DNA from: a virus
Length of the DNA stretch: 64,000 bases
Virus record (IMG/VR): IMGVR_UViG_3300020190_000012
Location: 1 to 64,000 of that record
Strand: one strand, 5' to 3'
Shown: piece by piece, positions 10,601-20,500 of the stretch
Position numbering within the stretch: the first letter of the stretch is position 1
Layout of the letters: every line of letters begins with the position of its first letter
Position numbers and translations under genes: made by a program
Notes under the pieces: generated by a model
What the model was told of the DNA's origin: nothing
The model's database searches: none
Seen by the model: only the letters and a program-made list of their open reading frames with translations

Positions 10601-12585
10601 GCATACGCAACAAAGGTTCCATTTCCGACATCTCGCTCCCAAACTATATGCATGTTTCCATATCTGTCGTCAAACACGCGTGGGTGCCTATTATCTCCGC
10701 TGTACGTCAACTGCATCCAAGATCCATTGCTCGCTTGCTCCTGGCTCGTTGGGAGCTCAGAATACATAAACAATTGGTTAAGGCCATCAACTTGACTTTG
10801 ACACACAACGCGACAAGATGAAGATATGGCAGGATAAACACAGGATACAAGCTGACCAAGATTGTCTTCGCGAACATTCAAAGAAATTTCCGACACAGAG
10901 GCTGATTGACTTTCTGATCCTGACAAGAACGCAACATGAACGCACGGGATGTCATCGGAAATGACCAAGCCGCCTGGCCTGTTGATACCAGGACAAGCCT
11001 GAAGCTTCACCGAGTCTATATCAGACTTGACGTACGAGAATACGGTACCCCTGAAGGGGCCACTCAAGAATACGAGTGTGCCAATGTCGCTAACGCCATG
11101 CGCAGAGAGATCTTTTATAGTAGTGCATCTGAAAGTGGCTGAGGCCCCACTGAACTGCTGAACGGTTATAGCATTGCCGCCCAAACTGCTGAGAACCTGT
11201 CCGGCTAGAAGAGAGAATTTTGACTCAGAATATACATCTAGTCTGTCATCAATAATCTCTGCGTAAATACCCGAGGATTTCAACGCGATGTCTTCGTTTA
11301 TCTGGTTTGCAAGTGACTGCAAGGCAGAAGAAGACCATGTTGCGCTGAGAGATATCTCCTGACCGCCGGCTAGTCTTATAACTATAGCGGCGACTCCAGA
11401 TGGAGACGACTTTGGATGCACGGAATGCGTGAAGGCGGGAGGTTTAACAATCAGTCCACGCCCGATTGCCGACGGCATCACTTTGGCGACAGAAGAGGAG
11501 CTTGCCACAAAAACCCTTGTAACAGGTATGACCTGCCTCACCGAGACATCGCAATCGCCATCCTGCGAAGGTGTTTCCACATACGGCTTGCAGTATGAAA
11601 CCCAAGCACCATGATTGAAGGCATTCAAGCCCCTATCATCCGAATCATAGGGAGGGAAAAGAGATGAATTAGACTGAGACTTCGGATCGAAGAATTTTGC
11701 AGCAACCGACACATGATCGATGAGGTTACACCCACCAGATATGGACTCAAACTTTTTGCTGAAACCCTCTCCAACACTGATGTATTGTGAGTCTAGATGG
11801 GTAAGTTCTTGTTCTGTCTCAGACCCATAAGGGTCATACAGTGGACCAACAAGTGCCAGATCAGAGCAAGGTGCCTCTTGAGATATGAATCTGAGACCAT
11901 GGTCTGGAGATGATGTTGGATCAAGAACCACACAACCAGGCCTTGCTGGATCATTGGTAGCGGCAAGCGTCCTCAACACAGAAGGTACAAAATGCACATC
12001 TGATCCACCGTAAGACCAATTTTCCTCATTATCAGATATGTTGATCGGAACACGAACCAATGAATGTGCCGACATCTGATCTTGTGAGAAAATTTGGTTG
12101 GCTGTAAACTTTAGTACAGATCTACCCTTCTTGTTGGTGCGACCTGCATATTTCTTGTCTCCTATGCCTATCCTAAACGACGACGATGGAGGCCCATCAA
12201 CAACAATATTACACCTGTCGCCGTGCGCCACAAATTCCGGAGAAGCATGCACATGAAAATTCTTACTCTTGCCTGACTTGGGTCTCTTGACGAGAGCCGC
12301 ACATATGGCTTCAGATCCAAAACCGTCCTCCACATGACAGAATATGGCAAAATCGTCACTAGTTGGACGAACCCTAACTGCTCCAACAACAGACCCTGAC
12401 TCTGCAGAGGACCTGTGATGCCACTTCTTGCCACCATCGGTTGAGACTGGCAAAGATCCACCACGAGAGGCGTCTTCTATGGAGAATTTGCAACCGATTG
12501 CGCCATCAAGATCCAAATTGAAATGAACTTCCCTGCCACCATGGGAAGATTTCACATCAGTGATGTGGAGTTTAGGCTGTTTCAT
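4609..12585 (-). CDS. Giant (2658 aa) modular tail fibre/adhesin-like protein
   Basis: Propeller-type blades (HPRVFDDRYGNMHIVWE, DPAIVVDKLAKLHVAYE, PSISADGDGRLLVAWQE), RCC1-like repeats (FVAVSCGSNYCVALREDGQLVSWG) and an internally repeated beta domain; located in the distal tail module. Confidence 0.6.
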   Translation of the reverse strand: MKQPKLHITDVKSSHGGREVHFNLDLDGAIGCKFSIEDASRGGSLPVSTDGGKKWHHRSSAESGSVVGAVRVRPTSDDFAIFCHVEDGFGSEAICAALVKRPKSGKSKNFHVHASPEFVAHGDRCNIVVDGPPSSSFRIGIGDKKYAGRTNKKGRSVLKFTANQIFSQDQMSAHSLVRVPINISDNEENWSYGGSDVHFVPSVLRTLAATNDPARPGCVVLDPTSSPDHGLRFISQEAPCSDLALVGPLYDPYGSETEQELTHLDSQYISVGEGFSKKFESISGGCNLIDHVSVAAKFFDPKSQSNSSLFPPYDSDDRGLNAFNHGAWVSYCKPYVETPSQDGDCDVSVRQVIPVTRVFVASSSSVAKVMPSAIGRGLIVKPPAFTHSVHPKSSPSGVAAIVIRLAGGQEISLSATWSSSALQSLANQINEDIALKSSGIYAEIIDDRLDVYSESKFSLLAGQVLSSLGGNAITVQQFSGASATFRCTTIKDLSAHGVSDIGTLVFLSGPFRGTVFSYVKSDIDSVKLQACPGINRPGGLVISDDIPCVHVAFLSGSESQSASVSEISLNVREDNLGQLVSCVYPAISSSCRVVCQSQVDGLNQLFMYSELPTSQEQASNGSWMQLTYSGDNRHPRVFDDRYGNMHIVWERDVGNGTFVAYATIGPDSPIFSSKMLVADFCRSSSLDTSPVVAPAKRVSSVLSLEYSEGILELPFNSSNFLRGVIPSSSAYIKREFLGTCPLSIQFNEGNSSSFMSNVREMDGSQADFAGVFEGDLVETVILHIDPSGNTTNHIYSGSISFNGAILSIAGQTDEMSLTDSIFSPTGITFPSRAGVANFSGGEFTLSADKKSFDFSLTLSPFQALFQLRLIVAASHTPISIRTGWIKVADAGASVAMPRSDLVCLDYSPLQSKCCAIIPYHTDDSGRQFDGTHKSIGYMVDADVDIQPSFSFDGYILSGSAIGISPVISDVFSNDDGLQIRTDFYGISPFARDEQGRTFDNGTLNNDTDKLSGFKIGDFIAVHVIAIPPNSTQLTNSITFTTDILGVETVRSTVFARHAALSNRVLSTSTTFNSSVLVTNAARSVIFTIAANTSWQYALVYTKMPGTGAFLRNHSEDAVDDEFKNFLRGFSIRNDGLFNFDSNIMSVGKSAREFSDFIPLLSSLRLNDIHDNPSGVVQTSGLGYLESGGSSSFNLQCSDLVGSYWRTPSGSTFTRPAADGVDGVVCHYTVGVMLETVRFFARNTQTRQDWCNQVESAGGSCSRYYEGLVRTVYTGRAKIVVYCVSSESSSGNGGVPYAFEIHESSHIIDVSNQFRFTVGSMLIKDHEHAIRTSRAHLDPLRFEGPEMAEDLVPLAHRNMIFCMVNGDPQISHDWRVDVSDGRRQFDLCFGSFMSSISWFRHHDIGYRNGLAAGRFAVRISSIDISDNRLSMANGSQLSSFDMSMPSGFVQQANSFEQARNIDYLNSTSDPGDWINMAFNFSAVDDWLASPTGFMYSGIVFARQENQSRAVVLQPNASSDYEFDRTIYESDDYIYPWMYSVRRGKVGHGGIGSISQSGVFADSTEYSIFLRAKRIEPYRDDDSLVCPVGMVSPFLFVGGDQEAKIVRVTTNDFMGMSVKLTPGVGSLRLSALHPLYQKRAANIKVQEGDNGCVYVDSSGNLATDSSGELIDFFKSELGNGCLALVTNSADSYYDGVNTILIMLMISDSGILKGFVRLAQPDEDGEPNTELENAVVEAFQSDLTSLGSSWRDISVGSTFAICVDGTGSLVFLGEEPIGGFGLSSLPSGRFVAVSCGSNYCVALREDGQLVSWGFSLSLPSGTFLALGSGLYLRSDHHAVSSDVDIADAKCIAISYLASEDLKVIDSEGLLIQGGESEGDVAGSTAIVCFQGPFRVYLSTPNLSRRVLKYQKNPDETAEINDLIVDTYKDPFRSNIVIEHVSAVASEYSNDEFTLQSVDEMYGFALPSVCQFGSAFTTGGLSVSRIGQGAGIQRDPAIVVDKLAKLHVAYESNETGTWQINVCSMRDWDEAMKVSQTISRHDRVSNVPSISADGDGRLLVAWQERNGNHSRIAASVSSSKDPDVSDSCLLDRAIGFIRTFDADPYDPYLPTRFFRCGVFATVRPTQTSTFKFVVNFYLEDGSQLLYQSESTQNPNGWLLNGNTLSSEGQALDASNDYEIQFDAIPQDIKNQGVIRWELELQPMVSATSQESVGIIIQKSGPNVEQLDSSDAETWPNLREVLIGLTPTVTAASIRLVVVQESAGSAPVSFPSRQPSDYISLINGEITSNLSLPSGVTSIAGFTSGSQYRSFVIHIPAQVSYNGNTIDVEEFVQSTITFSAPIVAIVATPSDLAATDGVIGLLGTSWESAGSRAIRFTDGEYITLSANLRTIDFRVKKKSGSMYTQIRVITAAGQAQSIEKNGYIFCPFATQQRCSVPASYTNRTNENKLVHFRAKIFTDAEKQNPIAVYDSLNYPTYWDAGRGSFPVGGVVCYPGNTISASFIPRVSPSSSVQSAFADMSSASSTVGSTSVSELQRLSILPHTRYYVSVEAEIGGVTEQLDSGDAEIMCDPSSYLSRSISWSGVDGRISYLSSIHSDAKTPSVAGSDFGLFYISWQDGRAGSSYSVDDPSGFRSECRFATYDSSSVRWSSVDGEGGSRPLYDS

Positions 12586-13646
12586 TTTCTGGTCAAAGCC
12601 TCCGACATCTGATTTCTAACCGAAGAGATCGAAAACATTTCCTCGGCCCTTTTTTTTGCATTTTTTGCCTTTTTGGATGCGATGTCATAGTATTTTTCAA
12701 CAGCTTCAACAACTGCCCTCCTCACAGACTCCGATGTAATCACTGGCCAATACTTTGATGAGAATTGTGGATATCCATCCATAGAAGCCTGCTCCAAACC
12801 AGATGGTTCTATGACAAGGCCGCAGGAATCGTCAAAAAAGTCAGAAATTCCACCAGACTGTGTGCTCAGGATGGGTACCCCCGCCGCCATGGCCTGGGCA
12901 ACAGGTAGGCAAAAGCCCTCACCCCTTGACGCACACAGGAAGGCGTGGCAAGACGAATACAGCCCTGCCATGCTCCTTTCCGTCAACTCCCCCTCAACAA
13001 TCATGAAATGCTTCCTGAGAGATTCAGGCACGATCCTGACCACCTCCGCACGTGCGGCATGGGGTCGATCTGTCTTGATAAACAGACGAACTTGATGCCC
13101 GGTAGACATGGCCATAGAACACCCAAGAATTAGCGAAGACCAATTTTTCCTAGCCTTCCATGTACCCACAGACAGTATGACAAAATCGCCACCATCATAG
13201 CCCTTGGGAGAGGCGTGAAAATATGGATCCCCAACCATGTGATATATAACAGATGATGGTTTTTTTACCCCGGCTTTTTCAAATACTGATTTACAAAACT
13301 TGCTTGGATACCAAACATGAGAACATTTTGAGTTTATAGTTTTTATCCAATCTGCAGGTGGGTTTTCGCATTCAAATGTGCATATCCCAACCGTCATCTC
13401 CGAGCCATGAGCGAGACCGTTCCACCTTGGCGGTATGGAATGCCATATGCCGACTTGGGCGACTCCAGAAAAATCATTCTGAAGGGCTTGAGTGTCGTCA
13501 TGCGACATCCATGACTGGTTGATGCTAGGATGCATGCTTCTGACTCTAACTTGATGACCGCAAGACCTGAGCACATGCAAATAGCCAAGGGCGGCATGCC
13601 CAAACCCAGTGTTGTTTATAAAACAGGAATATTCTACCTTGCGCAT
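12582..13646 (-). CDS. GT-B glycosyltransferase, family GT4-like
   Basis: NTGFGHAA N-terminus, VWYPSKF, SVGTWKARKN, LYSSCHAFLCASRGEGFCLPVAQAMAAGVP. Confidence 0.9.
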   Translation of the reverse strand: MRKVEYSCFINNTGFGHAALGYLHVLRSCGHQVRVRSMHPSINQSWMSHDDTQALQNDFSGVAQVGIWHSIPPRWNGLAHGSEMTVGICTFECENPPADWIKTINSKCSHVWYPSKFCKSVFEKAGVKKPSSVIYHMVGDPYFHASPKGYDGGDFVILSVGTWKARKNWSSLILGCSMAMSTGHQVRLFIKTDRPHAARAEVVRIVPESLRKHFMIVEGELTERSMAGLYSSCHAFLCASRGEGFCLPVAQAMAAGVPILSTQSGGISDFFDDSCGLVIEPSGLEQASMDGYPQFSSKYWPVITSESVRRAVVEAVEKYYDIASKKAKNAKKRAEEMFSISSVRNQMSEALTRK

Positions 13647-13647
13647 C

Positions 13648-16600
13648 TCATGTGCTGATCATCGTCAGTCCAGGGCCGGTTTCTCGAGCATCGTGGATAA
13701 CCCCAAAACTTCCATTAGAAAGGTTTCCTACAACCTGTCCAGAAGATTCCACCCTAACAATGCGACCAGCACTTGAACCTATGGCGCTTTCAGCCACAAG
13801 AAAAAGACCATCAGAAGTCACGGAAACATCAGAGGCATACAAACCATCAGGGCATGTGTACTGGAATGCCCTAGTCCCGTCAGACTCATTCACCACAACC
13901 ACCCTACCCCTATAACTCGCGTGCTTGGCAAGTGCCTGACCGACGAACGCATCAACCTCCCAAGAGTTTATCGGCGGTGCTGTTCCTGACTGAAAATCCA
14001 CACCAGAAAGCAGAAGTCTGCCGTCATCGAATACAACCGCGCTACCAAGAGTAAAATCAGAAACAGCAAAACTTGTGGCCCCACCAAACGCAAAAACTCC
14101 AGCCCAGTCTGACTTTCTCAGTTTGACAACGGTAGGAACAGTGGGCTGCTGGGTGTCTCCTTCATCGATCTCCTCGTCAATAACCGTCACTCTCAACTCT
14201 ATACTGGCAGGAGAAAAATTAGTCTCAATAAGGCTGCCATTAGACTCCTGCTCAATACGAATACGCAATCTGAGAACATAGGTGGTTCCAACCATCGCCT
14301 CACCGTCCCCACCAGGGGTGATGGTCGCTACAGCACTGTAGGCACGATCTTGACCCACTGCGACAGTGCCAGAAAAAGGCGGATTACCCTGGAGAACGGG
14401 AGCGATGTGACCAGGTTTTGTTGGATCATTAAGGAAGGAAACCACGTATGGATTTCCATCAGGATCTTGTGAATTGTTATCTTGGAATCGATATGAAACC
14501 CTGAATTCGAGAGCATTCTCTTGGGCCGCTATATTGAGGAAATATTCGTCTGAGTCTGGACGCAGACCAGCACGTATTCTATCAAAATTAATTGTACTGT
14601 TACAAATAAGCCAATGATCTCCCACATCCTCAGCAGATACAGGATGGTACACTGAATTTAGGTAGGTGAAATCACCCACAAACAGCCTGAGACCATTGAG
14701 AGTGTAATTCGCAGCAAGCAGAGAAGAATTGGTATATGATGTTCTTCCAACTACAGACGGTTCCAATCTGCAGAAAATTTGCAAACCTTCATCTCTTCCC
14801 TGAGTGGCCAGAAGCACTTTGTCGGCAGACAATTTTATCTGAAACACATTAGGTGGCCTGCCAGCAGTGACCACCTCATCAAGAGCGTTGCCACTAACAG
14901 AGTTTGAGCCCACAACGAGCGTGAACTTGGTCTTATCCGCGTTTCCTTCAAAAGTTACATCATCAGAAAAAACCATCTGCAAAATTCTGGTATAAGGATT
15001 GAGAACGGCACACAATGGGACAAACTGACCTCCGGTGGGAAGGGGCTCTGCGTTGCCGACCCCTCTCACAAATTTTGCGTCTCTAGATATCTGAAGAACT
15101 CTATTATTGTATGTATCAGACACTATATAGCCCTTATATGAAGTTCTCGATATTGAACTGACCTGATCGAAGCCAATGGTGGGAAGCCCGTTGGCAGACC
15201 ACACGCTAGACGGTCTTGAAGACTGGGCAGGAGATATTGGCAAATCAGCACCCATGTATCCAAACTCTGAGACAAAATCTTCCTTTAGTTGCTGTATCGA
15301 GTCGTTTGATGCATAAAAAATCTTGCCGATGTCCAACGGCGGCTTTATGCGAACACCAGAAGAACCCGAGGCGAAGTCAACAATTTCCGCGTTGCTCAAT
15401 GTGCATAAATTCCACTGATCTCTACGAGAAAATACAAATCCAGATTCTTCTCCGGTGGTTTTCATCAATATGGAAAAATCCTTGAGAACCGGAGCAGCAG
15501 AACGATCACTCGTAGCCCTCAAAGACACCTCGATATCCACTATGGTTGCAGACACATTCAACAACTCTCCACTCTGCGGCAGTGGCCCCTCAAAAAGGGA
15601 AGCATCCACATCTGCAGCTGAATTGCCATATCTATATCGCAATTCAATAGCAGAAGTGTTTGGGATATTGCCAGGATTCCATTCTATCGCATGAAGAATA
15701 AATGGCGAATTTGTAACATACCTATAACGTGCAAAACCTGTTGGCTGAAAAAATACTTCGGTCGTGGCTATGGTGGATGTTCGCACGTCGTCAATGTTGA
15801 AAGAAAAATCAACTGATCCATCTTCTATCTCAAACACCATTGAAGTTATTGCTCCACGCTCAAATGGAGTGAGGTCGTATTCAATCAACTTAAAATTATC
15901 CATGTCGGGATCTGGATTGGTAGTGACCTCGTTTGCAATGAGAACTATTTGTTTTGCAGTCGTGGTGCTTGTGGTGCCCTGATTGACTAAATAAAAAGAA
16001 ACTGCAGGGTGGACATCTGCTATACACCTAATATACATGAACAGTTTGTTGAAATTGCTCCAGTTGTTAGTGCTTGATATTATCTTACGGAATATGACCT
16101 TGCTTTTAACCCCAGAACGCAATTTAGCCGACTTGACCCCATCAGTCTGTACAGAAACATCGCCACTAATGCCAATAGTACTAGCTGCTGTCTCAACTGC
16201 AAAAGAAAAACCAGGAACTCCAGAATCAGCGCCATTTTCAAAACTATCCGCGAACAAAACAGTCTCTTCGTTTATAGTTGATGTGAGCGTGATGCCAGAA
16301 TCTTCTCCGGCTAGCACCAGTGTGTTCTGGTGGGCGTAGTGAGACTTCAATTCACCTTCGGTGTCAAAGGTGATAGCATTTAAGATTCCTGCTGTCTGCT
16401 TTTTACCTGCTATACAGCCACTACCAGGTGAGTAGGCTGCAGTTGTGGCTCCAAAATCCACAATACTGTCGGTGACTGTGCCGGGCACGTAAGTGATCGT
16501 GTTGACATGGTGGTCAGCGTGGTTGGGGTGAGATTTTCTGAAAGCAATGTTCTGCTGAAGTTGATTGACCGCAGTGACCTCACCAAGCAAAACCCTATCT

Positions 16601-17304
16601 CTTGTTTGCAGAGACCTCGCCAAGGATTCCAGTCCAGCATGACTGAGAGTTCCTGCATTCTGCAACTCAGAATGTTTCATCCTTGGCATGCGCTCATAGG
16701 CCAACTGACCAGATGCTATCTGCTCGGCATCCAAGTCTCCCACTCTGGCTCCTGGAAGAAAATTCTTAACCTCCCTGAGAAGATCGATCCTTGAAGGAGA
16801 GCCACGATGCTTGTGCTTGGCTATCTCAGAAAGCACGAGAGACCGAAATGATATTTGCTGCTTGACAGAATTGTCAATCTGATTGATGACGCTAGCCCCG
16901 GATGTAACTTTGGCTAGCCTTATGGCGTTCGGCAGATTGTATATCGGAGACCAAAATATTAAACCATTGCTTGGACCAAATCCTGGAACAACCCGCAGAA
17001 AAACATAAACGGTGTCGCCGGAAGGCAGCCCAGACAACTGGGCGGGACTTTCTATGTATACGGCTCTACCTTGGACGAAAGCCACGCCTGGAGACACATA
17101 TACATTCATACCGCCTTGAGAACTGATGGCTGTGGTAACTGACATTCCTGAAACCACTCCATCCCCGAAAAGGGAGTACATACCAAAGATCTGCCTGTCA
17201 ATGGTGAGAAATCTTTCCTGCTCCAAACGGACACTGACAGCCGCGTCTAACCTGTCGCGGAAGTCAAAATATCCTAGGCCGTAATATGGAGTCCTGCCTG
17301 CCAC
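13648..17304 (-). CDS. Tail fibre/baseplate-associated protein with C-terminal NHL-like propeller
   Basis: N-terminal GDGVVSG..VYVSPGVAFVQGR anchor-type motif, KHKHRG, YIVSDTYNNRVLQI and YASDVSVTSDGLFLVAES NHL-like blades; GTG start. Confidence 0.6.
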   Translation of the reverse strand: MAGRTPYYGLGYFDFRDRLDAAVSVRLEQERFLTIDRQIFGMYSLFGDGVVSGMSVTTAISSQGGMNVYVSPGVAFVQGRAVYIESPAQLSGLPSGDTVYVFLRVVPGFGPSNGLIFWSPIYNLPNAIRLAKVTSGASVINQIDNSVKQQISFRSLVLSEIAKHKHRGSPSRIDLLREVKNFLPGARVGDLDAEQIASGQLAYERMPRMKHSELQNAGTLSHAGLESLARSLQTRDRVLLGEVTAVNQLQQNIAFRKSHPNHADHHVNTITYVPGTVTDSIVDFGATTAAYSPGSGCIAGKKQTAGILNAITFDTEGELKSHYAHQNTLVLAGEDSGITLTSTINEETVLFADSFENGADSGVPGFSFAVETAASTIGISGDVSVQTDGVKSAKLRSGVKSKVIFRKIISSTNNWSNFNKLFMYIRCIADVHPAVSFYLVNQGTTSTTTAKQIVLIANEVTTNPDPDMDNFKLIEYDLTPFERGAITSMVFEIEDGSVDFSFNIDDVRTSTIATTEVFFQPTGFARYRYVTNSPFILHAIEWNPGNIPNTSAIELRYRYGNSAADVDASLFEGPLPQSGELLNVSATIVDIEVSLRATSDRSAAPVLKDFSILMKTTGEESGFVFSRRDQWNLCTLSNAEIVDFASGSSGVRIKPPLDIGKIFYASNDSIQQLKEDFVSEFGYMGADLPISPAQSSRPSSVWSANGLPTIGFDQVSSISRTSYKGYIVSDTYNNRVLQISRDAKFVRGVGNAEPLPTGGQFVPLCAVLNPYTRILQMVFSDDVTFEGNADKTKFTLVVGSNSVSGNALDEVVTAGRPPNVFQIKLSADKVLLATQGRDEGLQIFCRLEPSVVGRTSYTNSSLLAANYTLNGLRLFVGDFTYLNSVYHPVSAEDVGDHWLICNSTINFDRIRAGLRPDSDEYFLNIAAQENALEFRVSYRFQDNNSQDPDGNPYVVSFLNDPTKPGHIAPVLQGNPPFSGTVAVGQDRAYSAVATITPGGDGEAMVGTTYVLRLRIRIEQESNGSLIETNFSPASIELRVTVIDEEIDEGDTQQPTVPTVVKLRKSDWAGVFAFGGATSFAVSDFTLGSAVVFDDGRLLLSGVDFQSGTAPPINSWEVDAFVGQALAKHASYRGRVVVVNESDGTRAFQYTCPDGLYASDVSVTSDGLFLVAESAIGSSAGRIVRVESSGQVVGNLSNGSFGVIHDARETGPGLTMIST

Positions 17305-17306
17305 TT

Positions 17307-17513
17307 TTACCTCGACACGGTGCCGTTTCTGACTCCGACCCTTGCCTCACCTGCTGAATTTATAGAAGATAATGGGGTTAGACTCGTGCCTAGGATGCCA
17401 TCATTCAGATTTTTAACAACATCATTCCCTTGAGTTTTTCCTATTTCTTCTAGAACAACAGCACGTATGGCTTGCATCATATGCCTGCCTGCGTCATTGA
17501 TTTTTTCATTCAT
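17307..17513 (-). CDS. Small hypothetical protein
   Basis: GAGGAGG RBS before the ATG; fills the gap between tail genes. Confidence 0.65.
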   Translation of the reverse strand: MNEKINDAGRHMMQAIRAVVLEEIGKTQGNDVVKNLNDGILGTSLTPLSSINSAGEARVGVRNGTVSR

Positions 17514-17575
17514 GATTGCCTCCTCAATTGTTTCAATTTTTTGGGACTATAACCTACAACATTTTAAGGTGTCGC

Positions 17576-20500
17576 TCAGACAACATTATCTCCCGTTTCA
17601 TCACTTACAGAACCGTCTCTATTAACCTGCCACCTGGCAGTTTCATTCAGCCTTACTGTCTCGCCAGGTATAAAGTATAAGCCTGTGATAGTAGTTTCCC
17701 ACTTGTTGTCAGCAGCAGTAAGATTGTTTTTAACCTCGCCAATTAGTAATCTTATTGGCCCAGCGGAACCGAACCCATTGAATTCTATAACCTGCATCGG
17801 ACGCAAACCAGTTCTCCCTGGAACAGTAAATGTTATCTCAACTGGAGCATTGAACATCTTTGAGTATCTTGACAGCTGGCCTTCCAAGGTGTCTTTAGAC
17901 CCAAAAACACTCTGGGATTGGAAAAACATCTTCTTATAACCGATGAAACTTGGGCTAGCTGGGTCAACTATGGAGTTTTTGTTGAGGTGGCCAGCAATCA
18001 TCTTAGACATATCTGGAGTGGATGATATCAAGCGTATTTCGTTCACAACATCCTTGGTCAATCGCTTGAAAGAATAACTGCTACCACTTACAACATTCCA
18101 CCATTTGTAGGCATTTGATCCAACGATCGGGGCATTAAAACTATCAGGCGATCCACCGCTTGCCCCAGGAATGTCTGATGGAACCTCTGCAGATGCTTGA
18201 TTGATAGTTGAAGGCACTCCCGATCCAAATGTCAATTTTGTGTCGTTGGGAGACCAACTGAAGTAATCCACTGGCATTATCTGTGGGAAACCTTGAGCCC
18301 GTTGAGTAGCCCTGTCAACCTGCTGCATCTCAGCCTCATCAACAGGTACATCAAAGTGAAATACGCCGTTGGCATCAAAAAACATAGTTTTGCCCATCAT
18401 TTTTGCGATTCTTACCAAGATGGACATGTAAGGGTCAGACACCGCAGGCTTAAACATCGGGGAATTGAGGGTTGCATACTTGCCGGGAAGAACAGTGTCA
18501 TTCCATATAACCTGTTCATCTCCAAATTGAACAACACGATAGTCACTTTGTGGCTTGATGGATGCAAGTTCTTTTATTAGCCTTCCAGGATTTGTTAGAG
18601 ATGCTCCAGAACTAGCACTGGTACCAGCGCTTGCACTGTCGTTGCCGTTTTCAGATGAGGAATTTCCCCCACCAAGCTTGAACCCAGCTTGACATATCAC
18701 ATCTAGCACTGCGTTGTAGTCTCGCATGGCATCATAGTATGGAGCATTCAACCACCGCATGTGCTCAAGCACCATGGAGTAGTCTCGCAAATTGCATGTC
18801 ATAATAATTTTGGTTGGCTCAGTCTGAAAACTTACATCATTACATATGCCAGTGAAAAGAGCTTGTCTTGATTTTTGGACTGCTCCAGATGCAGGAGTAA
18901 CGTACATCGATCCGTCAAAGTACCCCGCTCCATCACGCCATGCATAAACGGTAACATAGAAATACCGATCTTGCAAAGAGGCCAGATAATCACTCTTGTC
19001 TGCTTGGCTGTCATTTGTATTTTGCCCTCCAACACCGCTGTTGACAGGGTACTGCTGACCAGTTACAGAAACTGGTTTTATTGATTCAAAGTTACCCTGA
19101 GCCTCACCCTTGGTGAGATACAACGTCATGCTTCCTTGGTGATTGATCTTATGTCGCTCCTCTCGAGTCCAGGTATCTTCAAACGAAATGACATGATTTG
19201 TGATATCAATAGGCTCTGAAGTCCACCTATCTGACTCATCTTCTTTGATAAAAACTGTAAAACTTGTACATAGTGGTCTAAGGCAGTTTTCTATGATGTA
19301 CGACTTATCCCCGCCTAACAACTCCAAAGATCCAGACTTCAATGTGATTGATGGTGTAATATTTATTGAAGTTGGGTTATTCGTGTTTACCGAACCTTTA
19401 TAGCTAGCCTGTATGACAGAAGGACTAGAAACCTGAAAACCTGCGTATGAAGATGCATGAGAGGATGTTACTCCATGGGTATCTCCAGGAATTGTCTTGC
19501 GGACATCTGTAGAAAACTTGTCAGAAGTAAAACTTTTCTCATTGCTGCCTATAACTTCTTTGAGTTCTAGACACGACTGAAACCAATAAGAAGGCTCCTC
19601 ACCAGCAAATCCAACAGCAGTGCCATTCTCAATATCTTCAGCATTTTTTGTGGCGTCTCGAGACCCCTTGGATCTCAGCAGTATGCTTATGGCAGACTTG
19701 TCCAATACCGAGGGTGGTGGAAAAGACTGTTCACTCGATGTTTCACTAGGTGGATAGGCTACATCATGAGCAGTAACGGGAAACTGCGTGGTTAAACTTA
19801 CAGAAGGGACATACTGTAGTGGGCTAAAATTAAATGCGCCACGATAATTTCCCATATGAACCCTAATTACCCCAGACAATTTGATGGGGGAAAAATACTG
19901 GTTGCTTGCAGGCTTATTTTCTGCATCTAAAGCCTGAAGTTGACTCTCTGTCAACATTTGTTTCATTGCCATTGCCCGTATATGGTCGGGCCATCTGTTT
20001 CTTTCAATCACTAGGGGTTCGTTGCCATCGATTGATATTTGCAGGCGACCAAAATAATGCTGCACACTTATTTCGAATGCGTCCATTGTGAGAACAGATG
20101 CACCGCTCTTGTTCATGGTTGCAAGCAATCGAGAATGCTCTTTGCCGCCGCGCAAAACTGTCGTCGTCTGCTGACTGCCTGTAGTAAGAGCACTAACCCA
20201 TTCAGGATCTTCAGTCACCTCATATACAGACACTTTAGATTCATGAGTTATGCATATAAAAAATCTGTTTTCTTTGCCACCATCTACTTCAATAATGATG
20301 TATGGCTGTTCAGCAAGGTAGTTTTTTTCCGCATCGGCTGGTATGATAAAACCTGGAGGAATCGTTGAGGACTCCGAAGAAGACGTGATCGTCGTCGCAG
20401 TCCTGTAAACAGGACGAGCCACCCCGAAATTCCTCTCAACTGTAGCAGCATCAGATATCGTATTGTCAGCAACAATACTAGGAGACGTAGATACACTGTG